The position numbers and the translations under genes are program-made. Below are positions 12,476-25,279 of a DNA stretch of 64,000 nt, piece after piece (the stretch's first letter is position 1; every line of letters starts with the position of its first letter). The DNA is from Octopus vulgaris (lineage: Eukaryota): assembly GCA_951406725.2 (NCBI GenBank), contig OX597826.1, forward strand, positions 12,152,001 to 12,216,000, written 5' to 3'. Under the pieces are notes generated by a model. The model was not told where the DNA came from. It did not search any database and was given only the letters and a program-made list of their open reading frames with translations.

Positions 12476-12823
12476 TAATTACCAATCTGTGGTCGTTCAG
12501 TCTGTATACAAACTAGATAAAATACCAAGTTTCCTAAGAGGAATACCAAAAAATCTCTCCCCCACAATCACGTCTTTACCTACACGACCGCCTAACACTA
12601 TCTCAAAATATATGTCCTGTTTTATACTGCGATAGATTTCTAATTATTTCCTTCCACTATTTCTCAAACCTAATTGTACAGCCTTTCATCATTCAGGTGG
12701 TGCTCCAGCGTGGCCGCAATCAAATGTCTAAAACAAGTAAAAGACAGAATCCACATATTTGCCAGTAATTCCAGAAAGAATAAATGTAATCAACCATTGT
12801 GTTAAATAGCAAACTTATGTTTT

Positions 12824-12867
<44 letters not shown>

Positions 12868-12929
12868 AGAAGACGAAATCTCAACAACTTCCGGTCTCCC
12901 CATATATGCTACGGTAATAAAAGGAAACA

Positions 12930-13378
12930 AGGTGGCGATCTGGGAGAATCGTTAGCACGTCTAGCGAAATGCGTAGCTGTATTTCGTCTGCCGTTACGTT
13001 CTGAGTTCAAATTTCGCCGAGGTCGACTTTGCCTTTCATTCTTTCGGGGTCGATAAATCAAGTACCAGTTACGTACTGGGGTCGATGTAATCGACTTAAT
13101 CCGTTTGTCTGTCCTTGTTTGTCCCCTCTATGTTTAGCCCCTTGTGGGCAATAAAGAAATAAGAAACGTTAGCACGCCGGGCCAAATGCCTAGCAGTATT
13201 TCGTCTGCCGTTACGTTCTGAGTTCAAATTCCGCCGAGGTCGACTTTGCCTTTCATCATTTCGGGGTCGATAAATTAAGTACCTGTTACGCACAGGGGTC
13301 GATGTAATCGACTTAATCCGTTTGTCTGTCTTTGGTTCTCCTCTCTGTGTTTAGTCTCTTGTGGGTAGTAAAGAAATA
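12930..13378 (+). mobile_element. SINE family B dimer flanked by 17-bp TSD
   Basis: Two units, the second restarting at AGAAACGTTAGC (13162). GGTAATAAAAGGAAACA at 12913-12929 versus GGTAATAAGAGGAAACA at 13379-13395. Confidence 0.9.
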
Positions 13379-14070
13379 GGTAATAAGAGGAAACATCCAG
13401 ACAAGTATTCAACTCTGACATGAAGTGAAACTACTCCTCACAATTACTTTTATAGTCAAGGAAGAAACAAATAAGCAACTGCAGAATAAATAGACTCTCT
13501 CAGCATGAATATATATGTCCATACAACATGAAATAAGCGCTGAGTAGAAACTGTTGGTGTATTGCTAATTCTTTCGATGCCATTTTCTTCATACTAAACG
13601 AGAAGGAATCTACGGCAAAACTCGGCCATATTTTCTGTTAAAAAGAGAAGGTAGTCACCAATGAATCTTCCCCAACAAGTTTGTGCACTAACGAGGTGAG
13701 AAATTAAGAAATCGAAGAGCCCCTTAAAGATTTATGTCACTTAGCAAGGTAGTATGCCGTAAGAATTTAAACAATTTCTAATTTGAAATATATAAACTCC
13801 CCAGCAATCTGATTTGTGTTTTCTTGATTCGATCATAATAATAAAAGGAAATCGACTCAAACGAAATAACCAATGTAAGTAAACCATGGTATGTATACTA
13901 AAAGTGATTATATTCAAGTTAGTTTGTTATCTCAAATAACGTCGCCGTCTCTCAATTTATATATTGGTTAATAATAAATGAACAAAAAATCTCGGATTTG
14001 AGGATTCCTTTTCACAAAATAGAGATAAGTCATGAAAAATATATATATACTTATATACATGTAGATGAGA

Positions 14071-14231
14071 TGACGAAGACAGGTGGTGTACGAAACAAAC
14101 AGATGTATTAGTATAACGCTCAGGAATAGAAAAAAGTTTTTTACGTTTCGAGCCTACGCTCTTCTACAGAAACGGATACAGAAAACAAGGAGAGAAAAAA
14201 TGTTTGTAGTGGCTAACGATCTATCATGGCG

Positions 14232-14232
<1 letters not shown>
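14071..14232 (-). mobile_element. Penelope-like terminal-repeat element (family P1)
   Basis: Near-identical to 10480-10640. Same CUGUAGAA variant motif at 14139-14172. Followed by (TA)n. Confidence 0.6.
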
Positions 14233-14291
<59 letters not shown>

Positions 14292-14711
14292 GCATATATG
14301 TGTGTGTGTGTGCATTTGTGTGTATGTGTGTGGTTGTGTATTCATATACACAGGGATGAGTGGTGAGAGGGAAAGAGAGACTAAAGTGGAGAGAGCTGAA
14401 AGAAGGAAGGAGAATGAAAGTACATATTTCAGAGATTCACGGTTTCGAAAATGCTATGCAAGAGAGAACTGGTTGTTTTTTTCTTTTACAGTTTCGTATT
14501 TAAATGTGAATTTCTAGAATATTCAGGATTTGTACCCCGTGAATTAAACTGTTATTTTGTATAAATTTGAATACTTTGTATATATTAAAAATGCATGTAA
14601 AAATTCCGGTCATTAGAGCGTCTCTAAATATTATAAAAAGAAAATAAATTTAAAGATGAAATAATGAAAGCATAAATTATTTTCCATCTTCCATGGTCTG
14701 AAACTAAATAG

Positions 14712-14793
14712 TTATTCGTTGCAGAATTATTCTTTTCATGTCCTGAAACTAAATAGTTTCAGGGCATGAAAGGAATAATTCTGCAACGAATAA
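14712..14793. repeat. 40-bp-arm quasi-palindrome
   Basis: 14712-14751 versus 14754-14793, 2 mismatches, 2-nt spacer. Confidence 0.9.
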
Positions 14794-15025
14794 TTTTGGA
14801 AAAAATAATTTTGCAAGGAATATTTTTAGAAGGAATGTATTTTTTAAATGAGGAAATGATATAACCTTAGCGATTTAATATTTCTTTACTACCCACAAGG
14901 GTGTGTGTGTGTGTGTGTATATATACATTCATATATATAAATTAAGCAGAAAATGGAGAAAACGTTCATCAACAAAAAAATAAATTGACCAACATCGGCT
15001 AATTGTTTTCAATACAATACATTAC

Positions 15026-15147
15026 ATTTCTTACGGCCGTTTCGGCTGCCGATGTCAATCGGTGCTTACAAAGAAAATTCTGAAAACAATATTCGCCATT
15101 TTCATAGCACAGTCGATCTAGTACATGGAGCTTCATCAGACTGAATA
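15026..15147 (-). ncRNA. hammerhead-like motif with ~89-nt stem II, degenerate stem I
   Basis: CUGAUGA-AGCU...AGCC-GAAAC GGCC GUA; palindromic stem III ACGGCCGU. Confidence 0.45.
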
Positions 15148-15189
15148 CAAATACATAAAATAAAATTAATAAATGAAGGGAAGATGAAA

Positions 15190-15610
15190 GAGGAAAAAAC
15201 AGGGTCTCGAGATGAGGCCAGAAGGCTCAATATATTGGAATCATACTATTGTGCAGTGTGAAGCTTGAAGTCGATAGGCAAAAGAGTGAATTAGCAAATG
15301 TGCTAGAGAAATAAATTACGGGTTATCTCTTTATGTAGGTGTACCAGGGTGTATAAATAGTAGTAGGATAAAACTAGTACTAAAGTAAAACAGGAATCTC
15401 CAATATTTCTAGAACACGAATAGTACTTATGATTCCGTAGATAGAGCTAATTAATATTTATCTAAAACCAAACCTGTAGAGATTTTGTAATGGTGTACTT
15501 ACTGAAATACTCTAGAGGAAAGAACAGGGCCTCGAGATGAGGCCAGAAGGCTCAATATATTAGAATCATACCATTTTGTGTGTGAAGCTTGAATTCTATA
15601 AGCAAAAAAG
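15190..15610. repeat. ~97-bp direct repeat pair (15190-15287 and 15514-15610)
   Basis: Both copies contain CTCGAGATGAGGCCAGAAGGCTCAATATATT.GAATCATAC. Adjacent to the hammerhead at 15026, consistent with partial tandem Penelope pLTRs. Confidence 0.8.
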
Positions 15611-17130
15611 TTCCCAACATTTTTTGGGCTGCAATCCCGTTGACTCACAAGCCACATTTCTAGCGCCTCCACACAAACTAATCACCACAAACATGGACCC
15701 ATTTCTGAAGCAAATTTCAAACCACTGTATTTAACAAAAAATACTTAACCTAATGAATCCATTATTCTGTTGCTTTTACATGAATCGCTATCCCATTATT
15801 GCCTCACTTTTCTTCAACGCCCCCTTGTAGCTTTCCAACGCCTCCAGGGCTAAATACCGCCCACTTTGTGAACGACTGCCTTATATATATATATATATAC
15901 AGAGCTATCATCAGCAAGAAAAAATTGGGTTGTCAGTGAAGGTGTTATACACAGTAGTATTTCAACAAATTAGTGATAGAATCTATAAAGACCAATTCAA
16001 ACATCGTGAAACTTGCATTTCTAGGTGTAAAAATCTACAATAAAGTGCTCTACATTCGGAATTTAATATTCATAAATTTATAAGTATTTAATATTATTGC
16101 TCTGAAATTGAATTACTCCGTTTCATTTTGTCGGTCCTTTCATGAATTTACATAAAATGATACTCGTTAGGCATACAAAAGAGTCATGCTTGTTTCTATC
16201 ATGCGCACACACACACACACACACACACATGTATATACATATATATGCATATTCATATATATGCATATATTGAGAGAGATGATGCGTGTAAATACTTATA
16301 CATACATACGCATAGGTACTATGCACGCGGACACACAACATATGTATATATATATATACGCACTTACGCATTCGCACACAGACACATATACATACATACA
16401 CACACATATATATATATATATAGGTACATATACATATTGGTGTAGGGGTATAAACTGTGAATGAATGTGTTTGGCGTAAGTTTGTGTTGTTGTCCGGGGG
16501 CGTGAGAGATCATATATACCCTTATAATAATACTAATGCATAAAGTATAATGGCCTCGTAGCACTGCAAATGAAAGTGAGAAACATTAGACTATAAAATT
16601 ATCTGTGTTTGAAGTGTGAAGTGTATGCTAACGTGACCATATTTGTCACTCTCTCATGCAAATGTAAGCGCACGTATCACTTTCCTGCAAAATGGCGGAT
16701 ACGAGAGTGTGAAAAAAATATTTCGAGACATGATTTGCTCGCACCTTTCTATACGCAGCGTTCATGTGACTGCATTGCTATAGATATATAATTATGATGT
16801 GGTTCATGTGACTTAGCTATTCTGCTAAAATCAACAGCATATTTACTCGTAACACTAGATTTCTATACATCCTTGTTCTCATTCTATGCGGTTTTATAAT
16901 TTCATATGATTCTATACCGTAGCGTAGTGAATTAAAACATTTATATTTCAACATTCACATACAGATATATTAAAAAATTCCTACTCTCTCCTTATATATA
17001 TGTATGCCTGCATGCGTACGTGTGTGTCTGTGTGTCTGTGTGTGACGCTGTGTGAATGTGTTTATGTGTGTATGCTTGGAAATAAGTATATAAGTGAAAC
17101 TATGTCTCATACTTCTACATACACACACAT

Positions 17131-17168
<38 letters not shown>

Positions 17169-17426
17169 GCATGCAGACATATACAAAAGACTTACGCACT
17201 TGCCTTCATTTATACATAACAAAACAACACTATTTCCTGTGAATATACACAAATATACAATCAAACATTTATACACACATACAGAGACACACACACACAG
17301 TGTGTTATAAATTCACGTAATTTTAGAGAGAGATAGTGATAGAGATAGATAAAGATATATATATATATATAGAGAGAGAGAGGGAGATAGAGATAAATAG
17401 ATAGATAGATAGATAGATAGAGATAA

Positions 17427-17483
<57 letters not shown>

Positions 17484-17721
17484 AATGAAGAGCTTGGTGG
17501 AATAACAAATATATTTTTCATTTGCCGAGAATTCAGGTGTAAAATTTAAGAAGACAAAATACATATCAAAAACATACAGATACATACATAATACATACAT
17601 ACATACACACATACGTACATAGATACATACATACATAGATGCATACATACATACATGCATACATACATACATAGATGCATACATACATACATGCATACAT
17701 GCATAGATGCATACATACATG

Positions 17722-18888
17722 CATCTGATGGAGAATGTTACAGGTACCTCGGTTTAGATGAAAATATATCTTACGATGGTAGCTGTAATATGACACAAAT
17801 CAATAAAGAATATTTCAGCCAGATAAAGGAATTATTAAGCTCGAAAATCTTTGCATTCAATAAAACAATGGTCCACAATGTATTTTTAGTACCAATCCTC
17901 ATATCAACATTTGGGCTACTAGATTGGACGGTTGATGAGATCCGAGCCGTTGACGTGAAGCACAGGAAGATGCCAGCCAGCACACAATTTCCACATAAAC
18001 AGCGACGTAGACCACATGTACCTAAAACGAAAACAAGGTGGCAGATGCTTAACATCGATGTGGACTATCTTTGAATGCCATAATCTATCCCTTTCGCAAC
18101 ATCTTTTAACCACCGAATATCGATGTGCATCCCTTGGTCAAGTTTGCGTACATGAGTCAGATATATTCATGTGACTTGGAAAGCAGCTCCTTGAGCAGCA
18201 TTCCTTGTCTGATAGTCTTGAATACACCATGTCATTAGATGAGAGAACGAATGCATATCAGCTGAAGACCATGGATATTTTAGCAGAGATCTCCGGTATG
18301 ATAGTAGCGTTGATAATCAAAGCACTTTATCATGCACAACAACCGGATTACTACACATATTATGTTAGAAATCATAGACACAAAAAATAAGAAGGAGTAC
18401 TGGTGGAATGCCTTAGTGAATAAACAATAACAGAGCTGACAGTGTACAGTAGGAAAAAGCAGCTGCCCATCATATGTTAACATAAAGCTGAAGATCAGTG
18501 AAAAAGAAAATAACCATGCAGAACTATTGAGATAACTAGTTACTCTATCCAGATTGTAAGTTCAGAATTATACCTGTAATTATTGGATCATTGGATTATG
18601 TAATACATTGCCTAAGTACCAATCTTGAGAAATTAGACTTCTCAAACCCAGACAGGAGAAAGCTGATTCGAAGACTACAGATCCAAATCAGCAATGGAAC
18701 TGTAAAAGTTTGTAAAACTTACCAGATTATCGTTTAAGTACATATGCAGGTGTCTAGACATGTAATTATATCCAAGAGAAAGTTTAATAAAGCAAAACAT
18801 ACAAATCTGCACATGCATTGACTTCAAATACTACACTTGATGCACACATACGTGCAAAAATTGCCTGTTGATGCAGTGGAAATTCCAG
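17722..18888 (+). pseudogene. internally deleted R4/Dong-like retrotransposon fragment
   Basis: YRYLGLDEN, NKTMVHNVFLVPILISTFGLLDWTVDEIRAVDVKHRK, NFHINSDVDHMYLKRKQGGRCL, then FRIIPVIIGSLDYV...LQIQISNGTVKVCKT. The 5' junction lies in (CATA)n. Confidence 0.8.
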
Positions 18889-19188
18889 TTAAACCTTCGT
18901 AGGGCGGCGGGGTCCCCTCGGACCCCAGAAAATTTTAGAGGTAATACAACTTTTACAAATTTTTCCTTGCATCCTCGTTAGATACCTGGTAGACTAATGG
19001 AGTTCAAAGCGATGTTGTGACGAGAAAGGTTGTATTTTATGTTCCTGAGAACTAAAAATTATGTGAGCATGTGATGGTGTGTTGTGTTTGGCACCACAAG
19101 TTGCAACAGCGTCATTGAGTAGCTAAACAGATATGATAACGGTGTGGGATTCCTTGGTGCTAGGGAAAAAGAAAGCACACACAAACAT

Positions 19189-19283
<95 letters not shown>

Positions 19284-19897
19284 TGTGTGTGTGTGCGTGT
19301 GTGTGTATGTGTGTATGTGTGTATGTGTGTGTATGTGTGTGTGTGCATACATATGGGAGTTTAAGGAAAGTATAGAAGGCTGCAAAGTCTTATGTATATA
19401 AGTCTATGGTCTATGCGTGCAGTGAAAGTTAGGTACCCTGTCCTTGCTTACGGGGAAGCCAGTACTGTGGTGATATACCTGGGCTGTCGATGGCCAGTGG
19501 CTTTAAGTTCACCATTAGGGTGTACATTTGTGGCAACATTAAGTTCATTTTTCCTGATGACGGACACTGCAGATTGGCAGAGAATTGTCAGTCTTTCACG
19601 GAGTCACAACTGACAATTACGGCACCGAGCCTCACCGGCAACTGGTGTCGCTCAGCAATCGCAACCCATTACTTTGACCACAAGCAACGACCAACATCCT
19701 CTTCAACCATGCGGTTCGAGAAAAATACAGATTGAGATTTCTATTTGACTCCGCTGATATTTCAATACCAATATGAACAGCGCACTGTAAACAGACTTGA
19801 ACAATACTAAGCTGATATTCAGTAGCAGGGTTGCTCGCGTAAAGTTGAGGAGATTGGTTTCTGTGACGAAAGTATGAAGGTTTACGTTGCATATATA

Positions 19898-20077
19898 TTT
19901 TCATACAGTACCTAACCATATGTATGTATGTATATATGGGATGTATTGATACCTAGAATACCCAAAGAGTGTCAGGTAACGCTAAATGCTATGGACAGAC
20001 CGTGGTTAAACTCTTGGTTCGATAAGGATGCAAGTGAGGAGTCTAATGTGTATAATCTTTTCATACAGTACCTAACC

Positions 20078-20108
<31 letters not shown>

Positions 20109-20226
20109 TATATGGGATGTATTGATACCTAGAAGACCCAAAGAGTGTCAGGTAACGCTAAATGCTATGGACAGACCGTGGTTAAACTATTGGTTCGATA
20201 ATGATGCGAGTAAGGAGTCTAATGTG
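19898..20226. repeat. tandem duplication (~153 and ~169 bp units)
   Basis: 19898-20050 and 20058-20226 differ by a few substitutions and by (TATG)n length. The junction recurs at 21896-21931. Confidence 0.9.
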
Positions 20227-20683
20227 GCTCTTGTATTAGCATGCAAATAAATATAAGACAGAATGAGATAACAAATTATTTAGTTTTATTCGTTCTCAGT
20301 CGAAAGACACCTGTTGTTTGTATTTGTAATTATGTGCCATTTCTCCGTTCTTTTCGTCCTTGTTTTTGTATACATTCGCTTTCTTTCTTCCAAGGAGTCT
20401 AGTGCTCTTAGCTTAGATTTTCTTCAGGCCGGTCAGATTGGAGCAGTCTTGAGTGTAACAGACCGAAACTGCAAAGATGGTCTGGAACTCGACTGAGGAT
20501 AGGAAGCTTCGAATGACACGTCCTTGTTTTTTTCCTGTTCTTTTTTGCATCATCTAACTGTCCGGATGTTATATTGTCACCTGTTACATTCTTGTTCTAC
20601 TTTTCGCTTTTATATATATATATATGTATGTATATATATATATGTGTATGTATATATATATTTATGTATGTATGTGCATATCT

Positions 20684-20770
<87 letters not shown>

Positions 20771-21797
20771 GCACATACTTGACAGCAGTCATCATGTCAT
20801 TATTAGATGCCGATTGGCGAGAATCAAAGGGATGAATATCCTCCACAATATTTGTTTCAGGTGCGCATTAATTCCGATATTTACCCATCAGGAAACCCAC
20901 AGTACTGGAACATGTGCAGCATTTGTTAACGTCAAAAGAAATATCGGAGAAGTTGCAATTTTCTCCACCATCTAAATCATTGATAAATCTTCCTGATATT
21001 CCGACTGCTTCATGAGTGTGCATAAAAACACATATAGGCACACAAAATCATGCATATATGCATACATGCATACGAGGAGACATATATATATATATATACA
21101 CAGGAACATACGCTCTTCTATAAATACACTAGAACATACGCTGCTGTACAAATACTTATGCATGTATATTTGCATTGTGTATATACATATGTATGTATGT
21201 GTGTATGTATGTATGTATGTATGTATGTATGTATGTATGTATCTATCTATCTGTCTACACACACATATATACACATGCATATATACAAACTTATGAATAA
21301 TGCGCGTATAGGGTTTTCAATCTCTGTGATGTGTGTAAGCATACATACATGCATATAAACACACATATATATATATATATATACACGCACACACACACAT
21401 ATATATATAGACATATATATTTATGCATAAATATATAAATACGTATATATATAAATATATATATATCTATACAATATGTTATTATATATAGAGTTTCAGA
21501 TGCCGAAGGAAATCCACAAACCATCTCTTCGGTTACGATGTTAGGCGATAATCCCAAAGGTCGTATTAGCTCTAGTTGAGAATAACGTCGTCCGATAACA
21601 CACAGAGTTTTATCTTGACTACCGAGTAATGTAACATATTGTATAGATAAATTTCCTCTATTTACATAATATTGAGGTCTTTTCTTTCTTTGTTATCTTA
21701 CCGTTTTATCAATAAATATATATATATATATAGATACATAAACACACACACACATATATATGTATGTTTATATATACATACATATATAAATATCGAT

Positions 21798-21838
<41 letters not shown>

Positions 21839-24029
21839 CGCACGCGAGTGCGCACACATATGTCATATATAATGTAAGAAAATACTATTGTATATATGTG
21901 TATAATCTTTTCATACAGTACCTAACCATATATATCCACCTACTTACAGCTATATATAACTATCTCAATATTTGCCATATGATAAATCTGACTGAAAATA
22001 GAAGACGCCACATTTGAAAAATGTGTGTCTAAAACAAATAACTTTCTCTTGACTATTTATCATCATTGGCTAACCACCAACGTCTGCGATTTGATTTATC
22101 GAATATAGCCGCGGCTGTATCTAATACCAACTTGAGTCCACACCAACATCATCGAAACCACAAGTTTACCTCATATGATCACTACATCAATATTTGTAAC
22201 ACTCACTCATATGATTTCTACTTTATGATTATCCTAATATATGTATCCCTGTAGAAATACATCAGTTGGCAGAGACAGTTAAGGTGAATATCGTTCAACT
22301 TAAGTTTTGACAGTTTGTATCTTGTTAGCGAACGAACTGCATCAACAATATTTAAACACTTGATAAAAGAAAAAAGAAATTCAGTTTCTTATCTATTCTA
22401 TAAAATGAAGAAGGCGAACGTTGATACAAATTGGATTTTTATGTAAAGAGGGTTCTAAAATGGGCTGGAAGGGGATTAGAATTTGCAGGTGGAGGTAACT
22501 TGAGATAATAAATTTATTGGGAGAGATTTGGGGGCACTACAGTGGTTGCTTTGGTGTGAAAACGAGATTTTATTGATTTTGGGCGACACTTGGGGGTCTA
22601 GATTGGACACCTTTTGCCCGATTTCAATCAAATTTTCAACATGGTAAAGTGGAAGCCGATTCGTAATTTAACCGCGGAAAATGGGTTCGTAATTTTGAAA
22701 ATTAAGGCAAGATTTTTGAAATTGAAAAAATTTCTCATTTTTACGTATTTTTGCCTTTTTTATTGTTTACAGTTTTCATTTTTTCTGAAAGAAATTTACA
22801 GCTGCATTTTGCTCATATTTAGAGCTTTCATTTGCTTGGTCAATCGTCGAAAAGTTCCCAACATAAGTACTAAATTTAACAAAGAAATCGTTTTATTCCT
22901 TATTTTTACTCGCTCAAATAGTGGCACGTACAAAAGGCAAGTGTGCTTTCCGTTGTCACTGCCTGATATTTATGATTGATCTTTCAAAATATTTCCCTCC
23001 GCAACTTCCTCAATGTCTTTTGTTTTTTTTTATAAATGGGAGAACGATAGATAAAGATAGAGATTAAGAGAAAGCGAGAGAAAAGAAGAGTGAGAGAATG
23101 GGAAAGGAGAGAGAAATAAAGCAGGAGAATGTGGCGATAAGAAACAGAAAGGAAGCAACAGTAAGTAACAACCACACCCTCAACCGCGCGTAGAGCAGGT
23201 CACCTTAAGCTAGTTTTCCCATAAAGGAACGCTTCGAAGCAGAGGCCTTCGTGTATGAATGAAGAATTGATATTTCTCAGGATTTTCACAAAATTTCTTC
23301 TGTAAATACCACTTCACATAAGTTGCATATATGCTCCTTTTGCAGTATGTCATTTTTAAATAGCTTTGTTCGGCTCTAGTCGGTTTAGTCCGCCAATAGC
23401 TTTAATACGTACACAAATGGCGTTACTGCATATATAAGTCTATTAAGACTGTTTTACTACTCTGCTGTTGTAAAATATCTTTTAAAATGTTAAGAAATTC
23501 CCATATACAATTTTAACTTTAGAAGATATTTATTTAGATAATGAGCTGCAAGTGATCAAAGCTACTGTCGTATGCTTACAATTAGCATGGAGGTTACTTC
23601 TCAAAATAAGGCAGCACAAATCGGGGAAAGTCGATTAGAGAATCATTCATCGAAGTAATCTCGTAAGACAGGAGGCAATTCAATTTGAACACAAAATGTA
23701 ATTTCGTCGGAACATTAAAACTATATATTCAAAAAGTGGTACACATCCATGACCCATTCAGCACAGCGTCGAGTACTCTGAATCACGTGAAAAATACTTG
23801 TCATGTTGATGCCTAATATATGAAAAGGAAAGTCAGTCACATGAGGATTTGAAATATTCAACATAAGAGAATAAACAAAAATATTTAACAACTAACGTTT
23901 AAAAAAATTGTTCTGTTCAAGATCATAAATTCCAACCATTGTAGAGTCTAAAGTAAGTTGTTGTAGCTGAATGTTTATTGTGTGTGTGTGTGTGTGTAAT
24001 ATTTTATATCATAACTGCATATATATATA

Positions 24030-24171
24030 CTTTATTTAAAGCATCAGAAAATTCAACGAAACCTGTTACTCTGAGTTTCACGTTCCCGTTCGTCGGACAG
24101 TTTTTGCTAGAGCCACTGGTATTTGAGTACTCTTTTTTCCACCTTGTTTCACATTTATGTGTTTACTCCGG
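24030..24171. mobile_element. Penelope-like terminal-repeat element (family P2), internally inverted
   Basis: Same two blocks as 62189-62345 but in opposite relative orientation. Motif CUGU-CCGACGA-ACG GGAA CGU-GAAAC UCAGA GUA/ACAG at 24063-24100(-). Confidence 0.6.
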
Positions 24172-24175
24172 TATG

Positions 24176-24234
<59 letters not shown>

Positions 24235-24237
<3 letters not shown>

Positions 24238-24573
24238 GTCGATGTGGCACTCCGTCGGTTACGACGGCTAGGGTTCCAATTGATCCGATCAACGGAACAG
24301 CCTGCTTGTGAAATTAACGTGCAAGTATCTGAGCACTCCACAGACACGTGTCCCCTTTGAAAAATACAGGTACAACAGAAACAGGAAGAAAGAGTGAGAG
24401 AAAGTTGTGGTGAAAGTGTACAGCAGAGTTTGCCACCATCCCCTGCCGGAGCCTCGCGGGGCTTTAGGGTGTTTTCGCTCAATAAACTCTCACAACGGCT
24501 GGTCTGGGAATCGAAACCACGAGCCTACGACCGCCAGTCCGCAGCCCTAACCATTGGGCCATTGCGACTCCAC
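24235..24573 (-). mobile_element. SINE family A, tail variant 3
   Basis: Head GTGGAGTCGCAATGGCCCAATGGTTAGGGCTGCGGACTGGCGGTC...GGTTTCGATTCCC. Shared core, then a different tail ending AACCGACGGAGTGCCACATCGACGAC. Confidence 0.85.
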
Positions 24574-24934
24574 ATATGTATGTATGTATGCATGTATGTA
24601 TGTAAGTATGTATGTATGTATGTATGTATGTATGTATGTATGTATGTATGTATGTATGTATGTGTGTGTGTGTGTGTATGTGTGCGTGCGTGCGTATGTA
24701 TATAAGCATGCATGTATGTATACATGTACATATTGAAACATACATGTATATTTATATTATATGTACAATGTGATTGGGCTAAGTTTGACGATGTTTTGTA
24801 ACTCCATTTTATTTAATATAAAATGTATTAGTGAACGATCAAAGGCATTGGAGAAAATAAAGATGAAATGTTTAGTGCAGAAAATGTTCTGAATTGCAGA
24901 TCTAGAACAAATCACTCCCGTTACACATGTATGT

Positions 24935-25018
24935 CTAACCTTGGTACTTAATCTATTGCTAACATTTGCCGAACAGCTATGTTAGGAAGACGAAAGAACA
25001 TAATCACCAGTAGTGGTG

Positions 25019-25115
<97 letters not shown>

Positions 25116-25279
25116 TATGATGGGCTATTTTAAGTTTCCGTCTACCAAATCCACTCATCTGGCGTTTGTCGGACTGAGAGAATAGTAGTAAACACTTGTC
25201 CAAGTGCCATGCACTGGGACCGAACCTCAAACCATGAAGTTGGGAATCAAGCTTCTTACAAGAGAGTCATACCTGCACC
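24935..25279 (-). mobile_element. SINE family C, diverged copy with internal (CA)n
   Basis: Matches 31402-31890 (AGTTTCCGTCTACCAAATCCAC, GCCGAAC.GCTA.GTTA). Confidence 0.75.

Noticed and set aside
12058-13380. CRISPR-like or regularly spaced repeat array
   Set aside because: Units are ~200-bp SINE copies without unique spacers. There are no cas-like ORFs and the context is eukaryotic.
15605-15880. hAT-type MITE (TTCCCAAC...TTTGTGAACGACTG)
   Set aside because: The left TIR is incomplete and no TSD was found.
21488-21540. Minus-strand CCGAAGA-GAUG...CAUCU-GAAAC motif
   Set aside because: The core is mutated, and stems III and I are lost in the TA tract; too incomplete to call.
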